DNA of 64,000 nucleotides from Mageeibacillus sp. UBA5734 (GTDB lineage Bacteria; Bacillota; Clostridia; Saccharofermentanales; UBA5734), in NCBI GenBank assembly GCA_002419365.1, contig DIGA01000117.1, positions 12,261-76,260 on the forward strand. The letters run 5' to 3'. Both the position numbers and the translations under genes were made by a program. The notes beneath the pieces were generated by a model. That model was not told the DNA's origin, searched no databases, and saw nothing but the letters and a program-made list of their open reading frames with translations. This document shows positions 1-8,961 of this stretch, in pieces. The first letter of the stretch is position 1, and each line of letters starts with the position of its first letter.

Positions 1-140
1 TTCACGAACAGTTTGGCTTCAAGACCTGTGGCGAGCTCAAAGACATTGGATTCAAGAACGATCATTGGCTGAGCCTGATCCTGATGGAACTCGATCTGGC
101 AGAATACATGGACCTCAAGCAGGATAAACCCTCCGTCTAA
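1..140 (+). CDS. GNAT N-acetyltransferase (phosphinothricin-acetyltransferase-like), 3' part only
   Basis: Frame from position 3 reads HEQFGFKTCGELKDIGFKNDHWLSLILMELDL...*, TAA at 138-140. Matches the HxxFGF..G.L..VG.K...W C-terminus of Pat/YncA-type GNATs. Confidence 0.7.
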   Translation, partial: HEQFGFKTCGELKDIGFKNDHWLSLILMELDLAEYMDLKQDKPSV

Positions 141-190
141 TCGTACTGACGAACAATCGAGTGCCCGCTAACCAGTGAACAATCCCTGGG

Positions 191-234
191 AGGAGGCTCA
201 TGACCAGCTCAAGCTGGAAATGGCCTCCTTTTTC
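191..234 (+). terminator. Probable intrinsic terminator of the GNAT gene
   Basis: AGGAGGC (191-197) pairs with GCCTCCT (223-229), with an inner CCAGC/GCTGG stem, followed by a T run. Confidence 0.55.
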
Positions 235-247
235 AATTTCCCCCCCC

Positions 248-287
248 CTTCCAACTAGACAAAATTATTATTTTGTCTAGTTGGAAG
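248..287. repeat. Perfect 18-bp inverted repeat with 4-nt loop
   Basis: CTTCCAACTAGACAAAAT-tatt-ATTTTGTCTAGTTGGAAG read directly from the sequence. Confidence 0.95.
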
Positions 288-290
288 TTC

Positions 291-333
291 AAGAATAAAG
301 GCGGCTGTCCAGGCCAACCTGTCCAAGCCGCCT
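291..333 (-). terminator. Possible terminator of the 365-829 gene
   Basis: AGGCGGCT/AGCCGCCT 8-bp stem followed on the minus strand by TTTATTCTT. Confidence 0.45.
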
Positions 334-364
334 CCTCTGCCAGCTTTTCAAGCAGAATCAAGGG

Positions 365-829
365 TTACGGAGCCGCTGAAGTGCCGAGATTAATGGCATC
401 ACCCAGATGTTTGACCCCGATGATGCGGTACCATTCGGAAAGATCCTGGATCGGATTGTAGATATTCATTAAAAGGATTGCCAGCAAAATGGCAAACAGG
501 ATCAGCAGGACACGGCGTAGAAAACGCTGCTGCCGTTCTGACTGGCGCTTGCGGTTAATCTTGGCAACGGTGGTGTAGCCTTTGAGACGATAGACTCGTT
601 CCTGGCCGACGCGTCGGATGGCTTTGACTGCCTGCTTGCTGTCACGCTGGACATCCAGCTTGATCTGGCGCAGCCAATAGGGTCCATGCTTTTTAACATA
701 GGCCAATCCTTGCTGTACATGATCCTGGACGACCTTCTTGATCGCGAAAAAGCGATCGAGGCCTTGCGGCTGTACCGGCCGGACGGGATGTTCGGGTTTG
801 GTTTCCAAACTTTTCAAATGCAAGTCCAT
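365..829 (-). CDS. Hypothetical membrane protein divergent from lexA (basic N-terminus, one C-terminal TM helix)
   Basis: 154-aa ORF with the hydrophobic segment VLLILFAILLAILLMNIY preceded by an Arg-rich stretch; TATAAT on the minus strand at 854-859. Confidence 0.7.
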   Translation of the reverse strand: MDLHLKSLETKPEHPVRPVQPQGLDRFFAIKKVVQDHVQQGLAYVKKHGPYWLRQIKLDVQRDSKQAVKAIRRVGQERVYRLKGYTTVAKINRKRQSERQQRFLRRVLLILFAILLAILLMNIYNPIQDLSEWYRIIGVKHLGDAINLGTSAAP

Positions 830-884
830 CCTTCACGAGCGAATAACACAGCTATTATAGCGTAAAAAGCGGACTGCAACAAAA

Positions 885-898
885 CGAACATAAGTTTG
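885..898. promoter_or_regulatory. LexA (SOS/Cheo) box 1
   Basis: CGAAC-ATAA-GTTTG fits the Bacillota consensus GAAC-N4-GTTY and overlaps the lexA -35. Confidence 0.85.
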
Positions 899-924
899 AC
901 AACCCCATGACAGTTTGTTACGAT
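896..924 (+). promoter_or_regulatory. sigmaA-type promoter of lexA
   Basis: TTGACA (896-901), 17-bp spacer, TGn-TACGAT (919-924). Confidence 0.7.
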
Positions 925-929
925 TGTCT

Positions 930-943
930 TGAACAAGTGTTTG
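930..943. promoter_or_regulatory. LexA (SOS) box 2
   Basis: TGAAC-AAGT-GTTTG between the -10 and the GGAGG RBS of lexA. Confidence 0.8.
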
Positions 944-960
944 TTTTTGGGAGGCCTGAC

Positions 961-1590
961 ATGACGACTTATCCATTTACCCGTTCCAATGTCGATGACA
1001 CGGTCAACCGGGTCTATGAATACATCGTCGACTACATCCGGGATAAAGGATACCCACCTGCCGTGCGTGACATCTGCGCTGGTGTCGGGATTCGCTCGAC
1101 CTCAACCATCCACAGCCACTTGCAGCGATTGCAGCAGCAAGGCAAGATCGTTTATTCCTCTGGCAAGCGCCGGGCGATCACGATTCCAGAACAGGAGTCC
1201 AATCGCGTAGTCTCACTCCCCCTGGTCGGTGAAGTCACAGCAGGTATGCCGATCTTTGCCCAGGAAAACATCGAGCGGTTCTTCCCTTTTCCTGCGGATT
1301 TCCTGCCTGATGACCGCGATATCTTTATTCTCAAAGTCAAAGGCGACAGCATGGTCGGTGCAGCCATCCTCGATGGCGATTATGTCATTGTCAGAAAGCA
1401 ATCGAATGCCCGGACTGGAGACATCATTGTTGCCCTGGTCGGTGACGAAGCCACCGTTAAAAAACTAGCCAATGTCGATGGACAGATCGTACTCCAGCCA
1501 CAAAATCCAGCCTATCCCCTGATACCTTTCGATAAGCCGGACTGCCAGATCCTGGGCAAGGTCTGCGGACTCTACCGCGACCACGGCTGA
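961..1590 (+). CDS. lexA: SOS repressor LexA
   Basis: GYPPAVRDIC..VG.RSTSTIHSHL winged helix, VTAG cleavage site, GDSM Ser and TVKK Lys. ATG 961 chosen after GGAGG at 949-953. Confidence 0.97.
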   Translation: MTTYPFTRSNVDDTVNRVYEYIVDYIRDKGYPPAVRDICAGVGIRSTSTIHSHLQRLQQQGKIVYSSGKRRAITIPEQESNRVVSLPLVGEVTAGMPIFAQENIERFFPFPADFLPDDRDIFILKVKGDSMVGAAILDGDYVIVRKQSNARTGDIIVALVGDEATVKKLANVDGQIVLQPQNPAYPLIPFDKPDCQILGKVCGLYRDHG

Positions 1591-1594
1591 GCAC

Positions 1595-1909
1595 CTACTG
1601 CAGTTGGAATGGTTTCGCAGAATCTTCTGCGCGCTGTGGATCGTTGAAAATGTAGGAAAAATCTTCTTGCGGATCGATCATGCAGATGGCCGATTTAAAG
1701 ACAATACGCTGATGACCGTTGGTTCGCAAGATGATGCTATGATGGTCAAATCCAATGATGTGTCCGTATTTGATGCTTTGGTCGACAAAATGAATGGCAA
1801 CTGGCACACGTTCACGCCGGCATTGATTGAGAAATGCATCCTGGAGTTTAAGATCAAAGCCATGTCTTTCGTGGTTTAACCGGTTCGTAGTTGACGCATT
1901 TGAATTCAT
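1595..1909 (-). CDS. hfq: RNA chaperone Hfq (divergent)
   Basis: LQDAFLNQCRRERVPV...G.I.GFD...FKSAI Sm fold; conserved miaA-hfq synteny. Confidence 0.85.
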   Translation of the reverse strand: MNSNASTTNRLNHERHGFDLKLQDAFLNQCRRERVPVAIHFVDQSIKYGHIIGFDHHSIILRTNGHQRIVFKSAICMIDPQEDFSYIFNDPQRAEDSAKPFQLQ

Positions 1910-2009
1910 GGTGCGCCCTCCTTTCTTGTTTCAAGAAGAGCGTACTACAATCTTCATCTGATGAACATGAACTGATTCAGAAATTTCGCGACAATGCGGC
2001 TGTTTTTGT

Positions 2010-2957
2010 TTAGATTTTTGCCTGCTGTTTCATCGATTCAATCATGACCCTTGCTGCTTGTTCGGGACTCAGGTCCTGTAGCCAATGGACTTCTTCCATG
2101 TTGCGGAACCAGGTGAGTTGGCGTTTGGCATAGCGTCGGGTGGCCTGAGCAATTTCAGAGATGGCTTCCTGGAGCGTTTTCTGACCCTGTAAATAGGCGA
2201 TGATCTCTTTGTAGCCAATGGCTTGCCAGGCGGTCGGCAGCTGTAGGCCAGCAGTCGTGGCGAGCAGTTGTCTGACTTCATCCACCAGACCGCTATCGAC
2301 CATCCACTGGACGCGCTGGTTGATTTTATCATACAAAACCTCTCGCTGATGCGTCAGGCAATAGACAATAAAATTAAAATCCGGACCCTTGAGGCGGGAT
2401 TGTGCCAGGTGTTCTGTTTTTGGTTTTCCTGTCTGGTGGAAGATTTCCAGGGCCCTGATGATCCGCTTCTGATCCTGTGGCTTGATGGCCTGGGATGCTG
2501 CAGGATCGACGCGGCTTAGTTCCAGGTACAAAGATTCGAGTCCCTCTTCCCTCGCCCGCTGGTTCAATGACTCGCGCAAGTGCAGGTCTACCGGGATGTC
2601 GACATAGTCGATGCCTTGGGTGAGCGCACTGATGTACTGGCCGGTTCCGCCACAGACAATCGCCAGTTTACCGCGGGACTGGATGTCCCGGATCGCTGCT
2701 GTCGCCAATTCTTTGAACTTCGCGACACTGAAGGAGTCCCCGGGTTCGCAGCAGTCAATCAGGTGATGGCGAACCAAAGCCTGTTCCTCAGGTGTGACTT
2801 TGGCTGTTCCGATGTCCATGCCACGGTACAATTGCATCGAATCTGCAGACACGATTTCACCATGAAGCTCAAGAGCGACCTGAATGGCCGTGCTCGATTT
2901 GCCTGATGCTGTAGGGCCGCAGATGACCAGCACAGTGGGAGATTCGAGCTCAATCAT
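2010..2957 (-). CDS. miaA: tRNA dimethylallyltransferase
   Basis: GPTASGKS, SADSMQLY, GGTGQY and RRYAKRQLTWF motifs. Start moved to ATG 2957 immediately after the mutL stop. Confidence 0.97.
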   Translation of the reverse strand: MIELESPTVLVICGPTASGKSSTAIQVALELHGEIVSADSMQLYRGMDIGTAKVTPEEQALVRHHLIDCCEPGDSFSVAKFKELATAAIRDIQSRGKLAIVCGGTGQYISALTQGIDYVDIPVDLHLRESLNQRAREEGLESLYLELSRVDPAASQAIKPQDQKRIIRALEIFHQTGKPKTEHLAQSRLKGPDFNFIVYCLTHQREVLYDKINQRVQWMVDSGLVDEVRQLLATTAGLQLPTAWQAIGYKEIIAYLQGQKTLQEAISEIAQATRRYAKRQLTWFRNMEEVHWLQDLSPEQAARVMIESMKQQAKI

Positions 2958-2958
2958 C

Positions 2959-4824
2959 TCAGACGATCCTTTTGAACTGCTTTTCCAGCTCATAACGGCT
3001 GATCCGGATGATGACCGGACGGCCGTGAGGACAATGGTACGGATCCTCCAGTTCACCCAGATCTGACAAAAGCTGTTCCATTTCACGGACATCCAGCTTG
3101 TCATGCGCCTTGATGGCAGCTTTGCAGGCCATGGAGTAATACAGCTCATCGATTTGTTCTTCCGAGCGCAATTTGTCCGACATCAGGGTGTCGAGGAGTA
3201 CACGGATCGCAGCCTGTGGCCTGAGGACAAAACGGCCACTGTCAGGCAGGCTGCGCAGGAGAATGGACTGGTTGCCAAACGCTTCGAATTCAAAGCCCAG
3301 CTGCAGGAGGTTTTCCTGCTCAGCCAGAAGGATCGCCTGTTCCCTGGCCGATACTTCGATGGTCTGGGGAATCAGCAACGGCTGGACGGCTGCCGGACCC
3401 CGGGCCCGGTGGCGAGCGACCAGCTGCTCAAACAAAATCCGTTCATGAGCAGCATGCTGGTCCAGGAGCAACAGATCCTGCTCATGCTCCAGAACCAGAT
3501 AGGTGGCAAATAGCTGGCCGATCAGGCGCGCCGAATGCAGGCTGGAGATCGACTTGGGCCGGGAGATTGTCGAGGGTTCCGGCTGGCTCTGTTCCAATTG
3601 GTGATCTGTTTTTTCCTGCATGGTTTGAGCGACAACCTGGTCCGGCAAGTCTGACCTGGCAGGTGCATCCTGAATGACGACACCAGACAGATCTGGTCCA
3701 GCCGCAACTGGATCTGTCGCATAGCCTGCAGCAGCCGAGGCTGGTTCGTTGACCGGTCGTGGCAAGGACATCTGGACCGGAGCTGGTGCAGGGGCGTGGA
3801 CAGCACCAGAAAAGGGCGTGCTTTCGACAATGGCACCACCCGACTGCAGGGCGTTCTGGATGCCATGGTAGACGGCCCGGAAGACTGCTTGTTCATCCCA
3901 GAAACGGACTTCCATTTTCTGGGGATGGACGTTGACATCGACCAGTGGGGTGGGCAGATCGATTTTCAGGACTGCCAGGGGGTGTTTGCGCTTCATCAGG
4001 TGTGTGGCATAGGCTTCGTCGATGGCGGCACTGACTGCGCGTGATTTGACCAACCGGCCATTGACATAGATGCATTGCTGGTTTCTGCTGTTGCGGGCTG
4101 CTTCAGGGGTGCCAATATACCCTGAAATTTGGACCGGAGCCATTGTGTAGTCCAGTTGATGGATCGAACTGGCAGCTTCTTTGCCAAAAACTGCAAAAAT
4201 GGCGCTGCGCAGGTCATTGTTGCCCGGCGTATGGAGCAATTCATTGCCTTGGCTAACGAGCCGAAACGACACATCTGGCCGGGCCAGGGCGATCCGTTCC
4301 AGGACATCAGCCACTGCTGCCGCTTCTGAACTGTCTTTCTTCAAGAATTTAAAACGGGCCGGGGTGTTGAAAAAGAGATTTTCGATGACCAGGGTTGTTC
4401 CTTCCGGGCAACCTGCCGGTCGTAGAGCGACCAACTCCCCTGCCGTGATTTCGACCGCTGTTCCACTGGCCTGGCCGATAGGACGCGTTTCGAGCCGGAC
4501 TTTGGCCACAGCAGCGATGCTGGCCAGGGCTTCTCCACGAAAACCCATGGTGGAAAGTTGTTCAAGGTCATCGATCGAGCGGATCTTGCTGGTGGCATGA
4601 CGGCCAAATGCCAGCTGGGCATCGGTTTCATCCATGCCGCAGCCATTGTCAGTCACCCGGATGGAGCTGATTCCACCTTGGCGAATCTCGACATGGATCA
4701 CCGAAGCGCCCGCATCGAGGGCATTTTCGACCAGCTCCTTGACCACGGAGGCAGGGCGTTCGACCACCTCACCGGCGGCGATGCTGTTGGCAGTCTGGGT
4801 ATCCAGGACCGTGATGACACTCAT
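2959..4824 (-). CDS. mutL: DNA mismatch repair endonuclease MutL
   Basis: GEVVERPASVVKELVENALDA, GFRGEAL, DQHAAHERILFE, ACKAAIK and CPHGRP motifs. Confidence 0.98.
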   Translation of the reverse strand: MSVITVLDTQTANSIAAGEVVERPASVVKELVENALDAGASVIHVEIRQGGISSIRVTDNGCGMDETDAQLAFGRHATSKIRSIDDLEQLSTMGFRGEALASIAAVAKVRLETRPIGQASGTAVEITAGELVALRPAGCPEGTTLVIENLFFNTPARFKFLKKDSSEAAAVADVLERIALARPDVSFRLVSQGNELLHTPGNNDLRSAIFAVFGKEAASSIHQLDYTMAPVQISGYIGTPEAARNSRNQQCIYVNGRLVKSRAVSAAIDEAYATHLMKRKHPLAVLKIDLPTPLVDVNVHPQKMEVRFWDEQAVFRAVYHGIQNALQSGGAIVESTPFSGAVHAPAPAPVQMSLPRPVNEPASAAAGYATDPVAAGPDLSGVVIQDAPARSDLPDQVVAQTMQEKTDHQLEQSQPEPSTISRPKSISSLHSARLIGQLFATYLVLEHEQDLLLLDQHAAHERILFEQLVARHRARGPAAVQPLLIPQTIEVSAREQAILLAEQENLLQLGFEFEAFGNQSILLRSLPDSGRFVLRPQAAIRVLLDTLMSDKLRSEEQIDELYYSMACKAAIKAHDKLDVREMEQLLSDLGELEDPYHCPHGRPVIIRISRYELEKQFKRIV

Positions 4825-7475
4825 CGACTCTTCCCTCCGCTGGCTTTGGCTTTCTGCTGCAAGTCATAGAGCGTGTTCAAGGCATCCAGCGGGGTCATCT
4901 GGCTGATATCAAGCTGGCGCAGCACAGCGAGTAACTCACCGGCACCCTGACCGGCCATCGCTGAGGCAAACAAATCAATCTGGCCATCCATGGGCTTGGC
5001 ATATCGCCGGACTTTCCCCTTCGTTCGGGCGTCGTTTTCGGTTTCAAGCTGGACCAGCAGTTCCCTGGCCCGCCTGACAACAGGGTCAGGCACCCCGGCA
5101 ATGCGGGCAACCTCGATGCCATAGCTGTCATCCGATCCACCTTCGCGGATCTGGTGCAGGAAAATGACCTCGCCTTCTGAATCGTCCACTGCTACATGGC
5201 AGTTGAACACACCCGGCATGCTCTGGGCCAGATCGGTCAATTCATGGTAATGCGTGGCAAACAAGGTCCGGCAGCCAAGAATTGCTGGATCCGAAATGTG
5301 TTCAATGACAGACCAGGCGATGGACAAACCATCATAGGTACTGGTTCCGCGGCCGATTTCGTCGAGAATCAGCAAACTCCGCGCAGAGGCATGCTCCAGG
5401 ATGGTCGCGACTTCACTCATTTCCACCATGAAGGTCGACTGGCCACCACCCAGGTCATCCGAGGCGCCAACCCTTGTGAAGACTCGGTCGACCAGGCCGA
5501 TCCGGGCCGACTGGGCCGGGACAAAACTGCCAATCTGGGCCAGAAGGACGATCTGGGCTACCTGGCGCATGTAGGTTGACTTACCGGCCATGTTCGGTCC
5601 GGTCAAAATCATCAGGCGGCGGTCGTTCAGGTTCAGTACGGTATCATTGGGGACAAACTGGCTGTCACCAAGCATTTTTTCGACCACAGGATGGCGACCA
5701 CCGCTGATCAGCAGCTGGTCGGACAGATCGACCTCGGGCCGGCAATAGTGCTGGCGATCTGCCAGTTCAGCCAGCCCGGCCAGACAATCGATGGCGGACA
5801 AGGTTTTGGCAGTCTGCTGCAGCCGCGGCAGATGCAGCAAGACCTGGTCCCGGATTTCACAAAACAGTTCGTATTCCAGAGCAGTCGATTTTTGCTCCGC
5901 GCCCAGGACCGTGTCTTCCATTTCCTTGAGCTCGCTGGTGATGTAGCGCTCCCCGTTGGCCAAAGTTTGTTTGCGGATGTAGTCATCTGGTACCTGGCTC
6001 AGGTTGGATTTGGTTACATCCAGGTAAAAGCCAAACACTTTGTTGTAACCGACCTTGAGGCTGCGGATCCCCGTGCGCTCGCGCTCGCGATTCTCCAGGT
6101 CGATGATCCATTGCTTGCCATCGCGGGCGGCCGCGCGCAGTTCGTCCACCTGCTCGCGGAAGCCTTCCTTGATCAGCTGGCCTTCCTTGAGGCTCAAGGG
6201 TGGCTCGTCATGGATCGCTGCTGTCAGCAAGGCTTCGATATCAGCCATGGGATCGAGCTTTTCTGTCCAGGAACGGATCGACAGGCTGTCAAGTTCCGAA
6301 AGACTCGCCACCAGGCCAGGCAGTTTGGCCAGGGATCGGCGCAAGGCAACCAAGTCGCGGGCATGGGCCGTTTTGAGCGCCAGTTTGCTGCACAGACGTT
6401 CCAAGTCGTGCAGGCCGTGCAGACGCTCCCGGATTTCCTGCCGCACCAGATAGGCAGCTTTGAAATCAGCTACGGCATCTTGGCGTGCTTTGATGTCATG
6501 GAGACTTAAGAGCGGTTGTTCAACCCAGCGACGCAACAGGCGAGATCCCATGCTGGTCATGGTCCGGTCGATCGCCCACAGGAGGCTGCCTTTGCGTTGT
6601 TTGTCACGCAAGGTCTCAGTCAGTTCCAAGTTGCGCCGGGCATTGGCGTCCAGGGTCATGAAATCGGCGGTCTGATAGGGTTCGATCCGGGCAATGTGGC
6701 CAGGGGCCTGGTGCTGGGTTTCCTTGAGGTAATGGATCAGGACAGCTGAAGCCCTGGCCCAGAGCGCATGTTCATCTGCCTGGGGCAGGATTTCGTGCAT
6801 GAATTCGGGCAGAAACTCATTATCAGGACGACAGGACATCGTTACGCCAGAACGAATAATGGATTGGATTGAAGCCGCAGTTTCCGTAAAAAGACTGTTG
6901 TGGACAATTTCAGCTGGGTTCAACCGAGCCAGTTCATCAGCCAGCTTGGCTGTGGTTTGGCCGACGACCAGCTGGGTGGTTTCAAACAAGCCCGTTGATA
7001 AGTCACAGGCTGCCAGACCGAAATACTGGTTGAGCTGATAGACAGCGACGATGTAATTGTTGCGTTTTTCATCCAGTGCGGATGGCTCGAGAACAGTTCC
7101 GGGTGTGACCACCCGGATGACTTCCCGTCGTACGATCCCTTTGGCCAGGGCCGGGTCTTCCACTTGTTCGCAGATCGCCACTTTATAACCCCGGCTGACC
7201 AAACGGTTGATGTAGTTTTCTGCCGCATGGTAGGGCACGCCACACATCGGAGCTCGCTCACTCTGGCCACAATCCCGCCCGGTCAAGGCCAGCTCCAGTT
7301 CACGGGCTGCTGTCACAGCGTCGTCGAAGAACAGCTCGTAAAAATCACCCAGACGGAAAAACAACAGGCAATCTGGCCAGGCTTGTTTCTGGTCGAGATA
7401 CTGCTGCATCATCGGTGTGATGCGTGTCAGATCAATGTCGGCGTAGGTCAACCCCACGGTATCAAGCACTCCCAT
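4821..7475 (-). CDS. mutS: DNA mismatch repair protein MutS
   Basis: TPMMQQY, FRLGDFYELF, TGPNMAGKSTYMRQ and DEIGRGTST motifs. Confidence 0.98.
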   Translation of the reverse strand: MGVLDTVGLTYADIDLTRITPMMQQYLDQKQAWPDCLLFFRLGDFYELFFDDAVTAARELELALTGRDCGQSERAPMCGVPYHAAENYINRLVSRGYKVAICEQVEDPALAKGIVRREVIRVVTPGTVLEPSALDEKRNNYIVAVYQLNQYFGLAACDLSTGLFETTQLVVGQTTAKLADELARLNPAEIVHNSLFTETAASIQSIIRSGVTMSCRPDNEFLPEFMHEILPQADEHALWARASAVLIHYLKETQHQAPGHIARIEPYQTADFMTLDANARRNLELTETLRDKQRKGSLLWAIDRTMTSMGSRLLRRWVEQPLLSLHDIKARQDAVADFKAAYLVRQEIRERLHGLHDLERLCSKLALKTAHARDLVALRRSLAKLPGLVASLSELDSLSIRSWTEKLDPMADIEALLTAAIHDEPPLSLKEGQLIKEGFREQVDELRAAARDGKQWIIDLENRERERTGIRSLKVGYNKVFGFYLDVTKSNLSQVPDDYIRKQTLANGERYITSELKEMEDTVLGAEQKSTALEYELFCEIRDQVLLHLPRLQQTAKTLSAIDCLAGLAELADRQHYCRPEVDLSDQLLISGGRHPVVEKMLGDSQFVPNDTVLNLNDRRLMILTGPNMAGKSTYMRQVAQIVLLAQIGSFVPAQSARIGLVDRVFTRVGASDDLGGGQSTFMVEMSEVATILEHASARSLLILDEIGRGTSTYDGLSIAWSVIEHISDPAILGCRTLFATHYHELTDLAQSMPGVFNCHVAVDDSEGEVIFLHQIREGGSDDSYGIEVARIAGVPDPVVRRARELLVQLETENDARTKGKVRRYAKPMDGQIDLFASAMAGQGAGELLAVLRQLDISQMTPLDALNTLYDLQQKAKASGGKSR

Positions 7476-8947
7476 TGTCCTTCGAGGGAGAAGGTCTTGG
7501 CCCGCGTGATCCGCACCTGGCCAATCTGGCCTTCCAGGCGAGCTGGATCAACCGAGCCATCCGGATGGCAGAGTCCAGCCGGAAAGGGATAGTCGTCCGG
7601 CAACCGGAAATTAACCAGGCGATTGTGGGCGGTACGGCCACTGAAGACCAATGGATCATTCTCACTGCGTCCTTCGATCAGGATCTCCTGAAGCTCACCT
7701 TCCACAGCCTGGTTACTGGCCAGGCTGTGCTCATTCTGCAGCGCGGTCAGGCGGGAAAACCGGTCGCGCAGGGTCTTGTCATCGATCTGTTCCGGATAAT
7801 CTGCAGCCGGCGTCCCCGTTCGCCGACTGTACTGGAACGTAAAAGCGGCATCAAACCGGACCAGTTCCATGGTTTTGAGCGTCTGGACGAAGTCTTCTTC
7901 AGTTTCGCCAGGAAATCCGACGATCAAGTCGGTCGAAATCGTCAGGCCGGGGCGAAGGGATCTGGCTTTCTGGGCGATTGCGATAAAATCAGCCTGAGTA
8001 TAATGCCGGTTCATGGCGCGAAGGATCCGGTCACTGCCTGATTGCAGGGGCAAATGGATGTGTGGTTCGATCGCAGGATAAAGGGCGATCGTGTCCAGGA
8101 GCTTGGACGATAAATCTTTCGGGTGCGAAGTCATGAAACGGATCCGGTAGATGCCCGGGATCTGAGCGACTTGTGCCAGAAGATCGGAAAAATCGGGTTG
8201 TCCGGGATCTTTTATTTGCAGGTCCAGTCCATAGGAATTGACATTCTGGCCCAGGAGCATGATTTCCTTGTAGCCTTCCGTCACCAGGTCCCTGATTTCC
8301 AAAAGGATGTCAGGCATCAGCCGGCTGCGTTCCCGGCCCCGGGTGTAGGGGACAATGCAATAGGTGCAGAAATTGTTGCAGCCGTGCATGATTGTGACCA
8401 ATGCCCGGTGTTTTCTGGCCCGATGGATGGGCAGGCCCTCGACCAGTGTGTCATCTTCTCCTACTTCATAGACGCGGCGCGTGTCGGTCAGGCGATGATA
8501 CAACAACTCCGGCAGGCGGTAGATGTCCTGGGGGCCGAAAACGAGGTCGACAAAAGGATAGCTCTGGCGAATCTTGGCCACCGCTTCTCCTTGCGTCATC
8601 AGGCACCCTGCCAGACCAATGATCAGGTCTGGTCGATCGCGCCGGATGTTCTTGACGATACCAAGATGGCCGAAAAAGCGGTCGTCGGCATTTTCGCGCA
8701 CACTACAGGTGTTCAGCAGGATCAGGTCTGCCTCCCGCGGTGTGGCAACCGCCTGGTAGCCCATTTCATCCAGCAGGCCAGCCATGCGTTCGCTGTCGTT
8801 TTCATTCTGCTGGCAGCCAAAGGTGATGATGTGATATCCCAGAGTCCGGTTCAAAAGCTGGGCCCGTTCCTGGCAGGCCTTTTGCACCCAGCGGCTGTAC
8901 TGGGCTTGCTGTTTCAATTCTTGCTCGGTGATGGTTCGGATTGACAA
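7448..8947 (-). CDS. miaB: tRNA methylthiotransferase MiaB
   Basis: TFGCQQNE, NTCSVRE, radical-SAM GCNNFCTYC and a TRAM-like C-terminus; TTG start after GAGG. Confidence 0.95.
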   Translation of the reverse strand: MSIRTITEQELKQQAQYSRWVQKACQERAQLLNRTLGYHIITFGCQQNENDSERMAGLLDEMGYQAVATPREADLILLNTCSVRENADDRFFGHLGIVKNIRRDRPDLIIGLAGCLMTQGEAVAKIRQSYPFVDLVFGPQDIYRLPELLYHRLTDTRRVYEVGEDDTLVEGLPIHRARKHRALVTIMHGCNNFCTYCIVPYTRGRERSRLMPDILLEIRDLVTEGYKEIMLLGQNVNSYGLDLQIKDPGQPDFSDLLAQVAQIPGIYRIRFMTSHPKDLSSKLLDTIALYPAIEPHIHLPLQSGSDRILRAMNRHYTQADFIAIAQKARSLRPGLTISTDLIVGFPGETEEDFVQTLKTMELVRFDAAFTFQYSRRTGTPAADYPEQIDDKTLRDRFSRLTALQNEHSLASNQAVEGELQEILIEGRSENDPLVFSGRTAHNRLVNFRLPDDYPFPAGLCHPDGSVDPARLEGQIGQVRITRAKTFSLEGQWECLIPWG

Positions 8948-8961
8948 TGCTGTATACCTCT

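Noticed and set aside
149-185. GAACAAT repeats as extra SOS boxes
   Set aside because: No GTTY right half-site at the correct spacing.
200-280. 26-aa sORF (MTSSSWKWPPFSISPPLPTRQNYYFV) with a strong GGAGGAGG and a C9 run
   Set aside because: The SD-like sequence is explained as the 5' arm of the GNAT terminator. The peptide has no recognisable features, and there is no support for phase variation.
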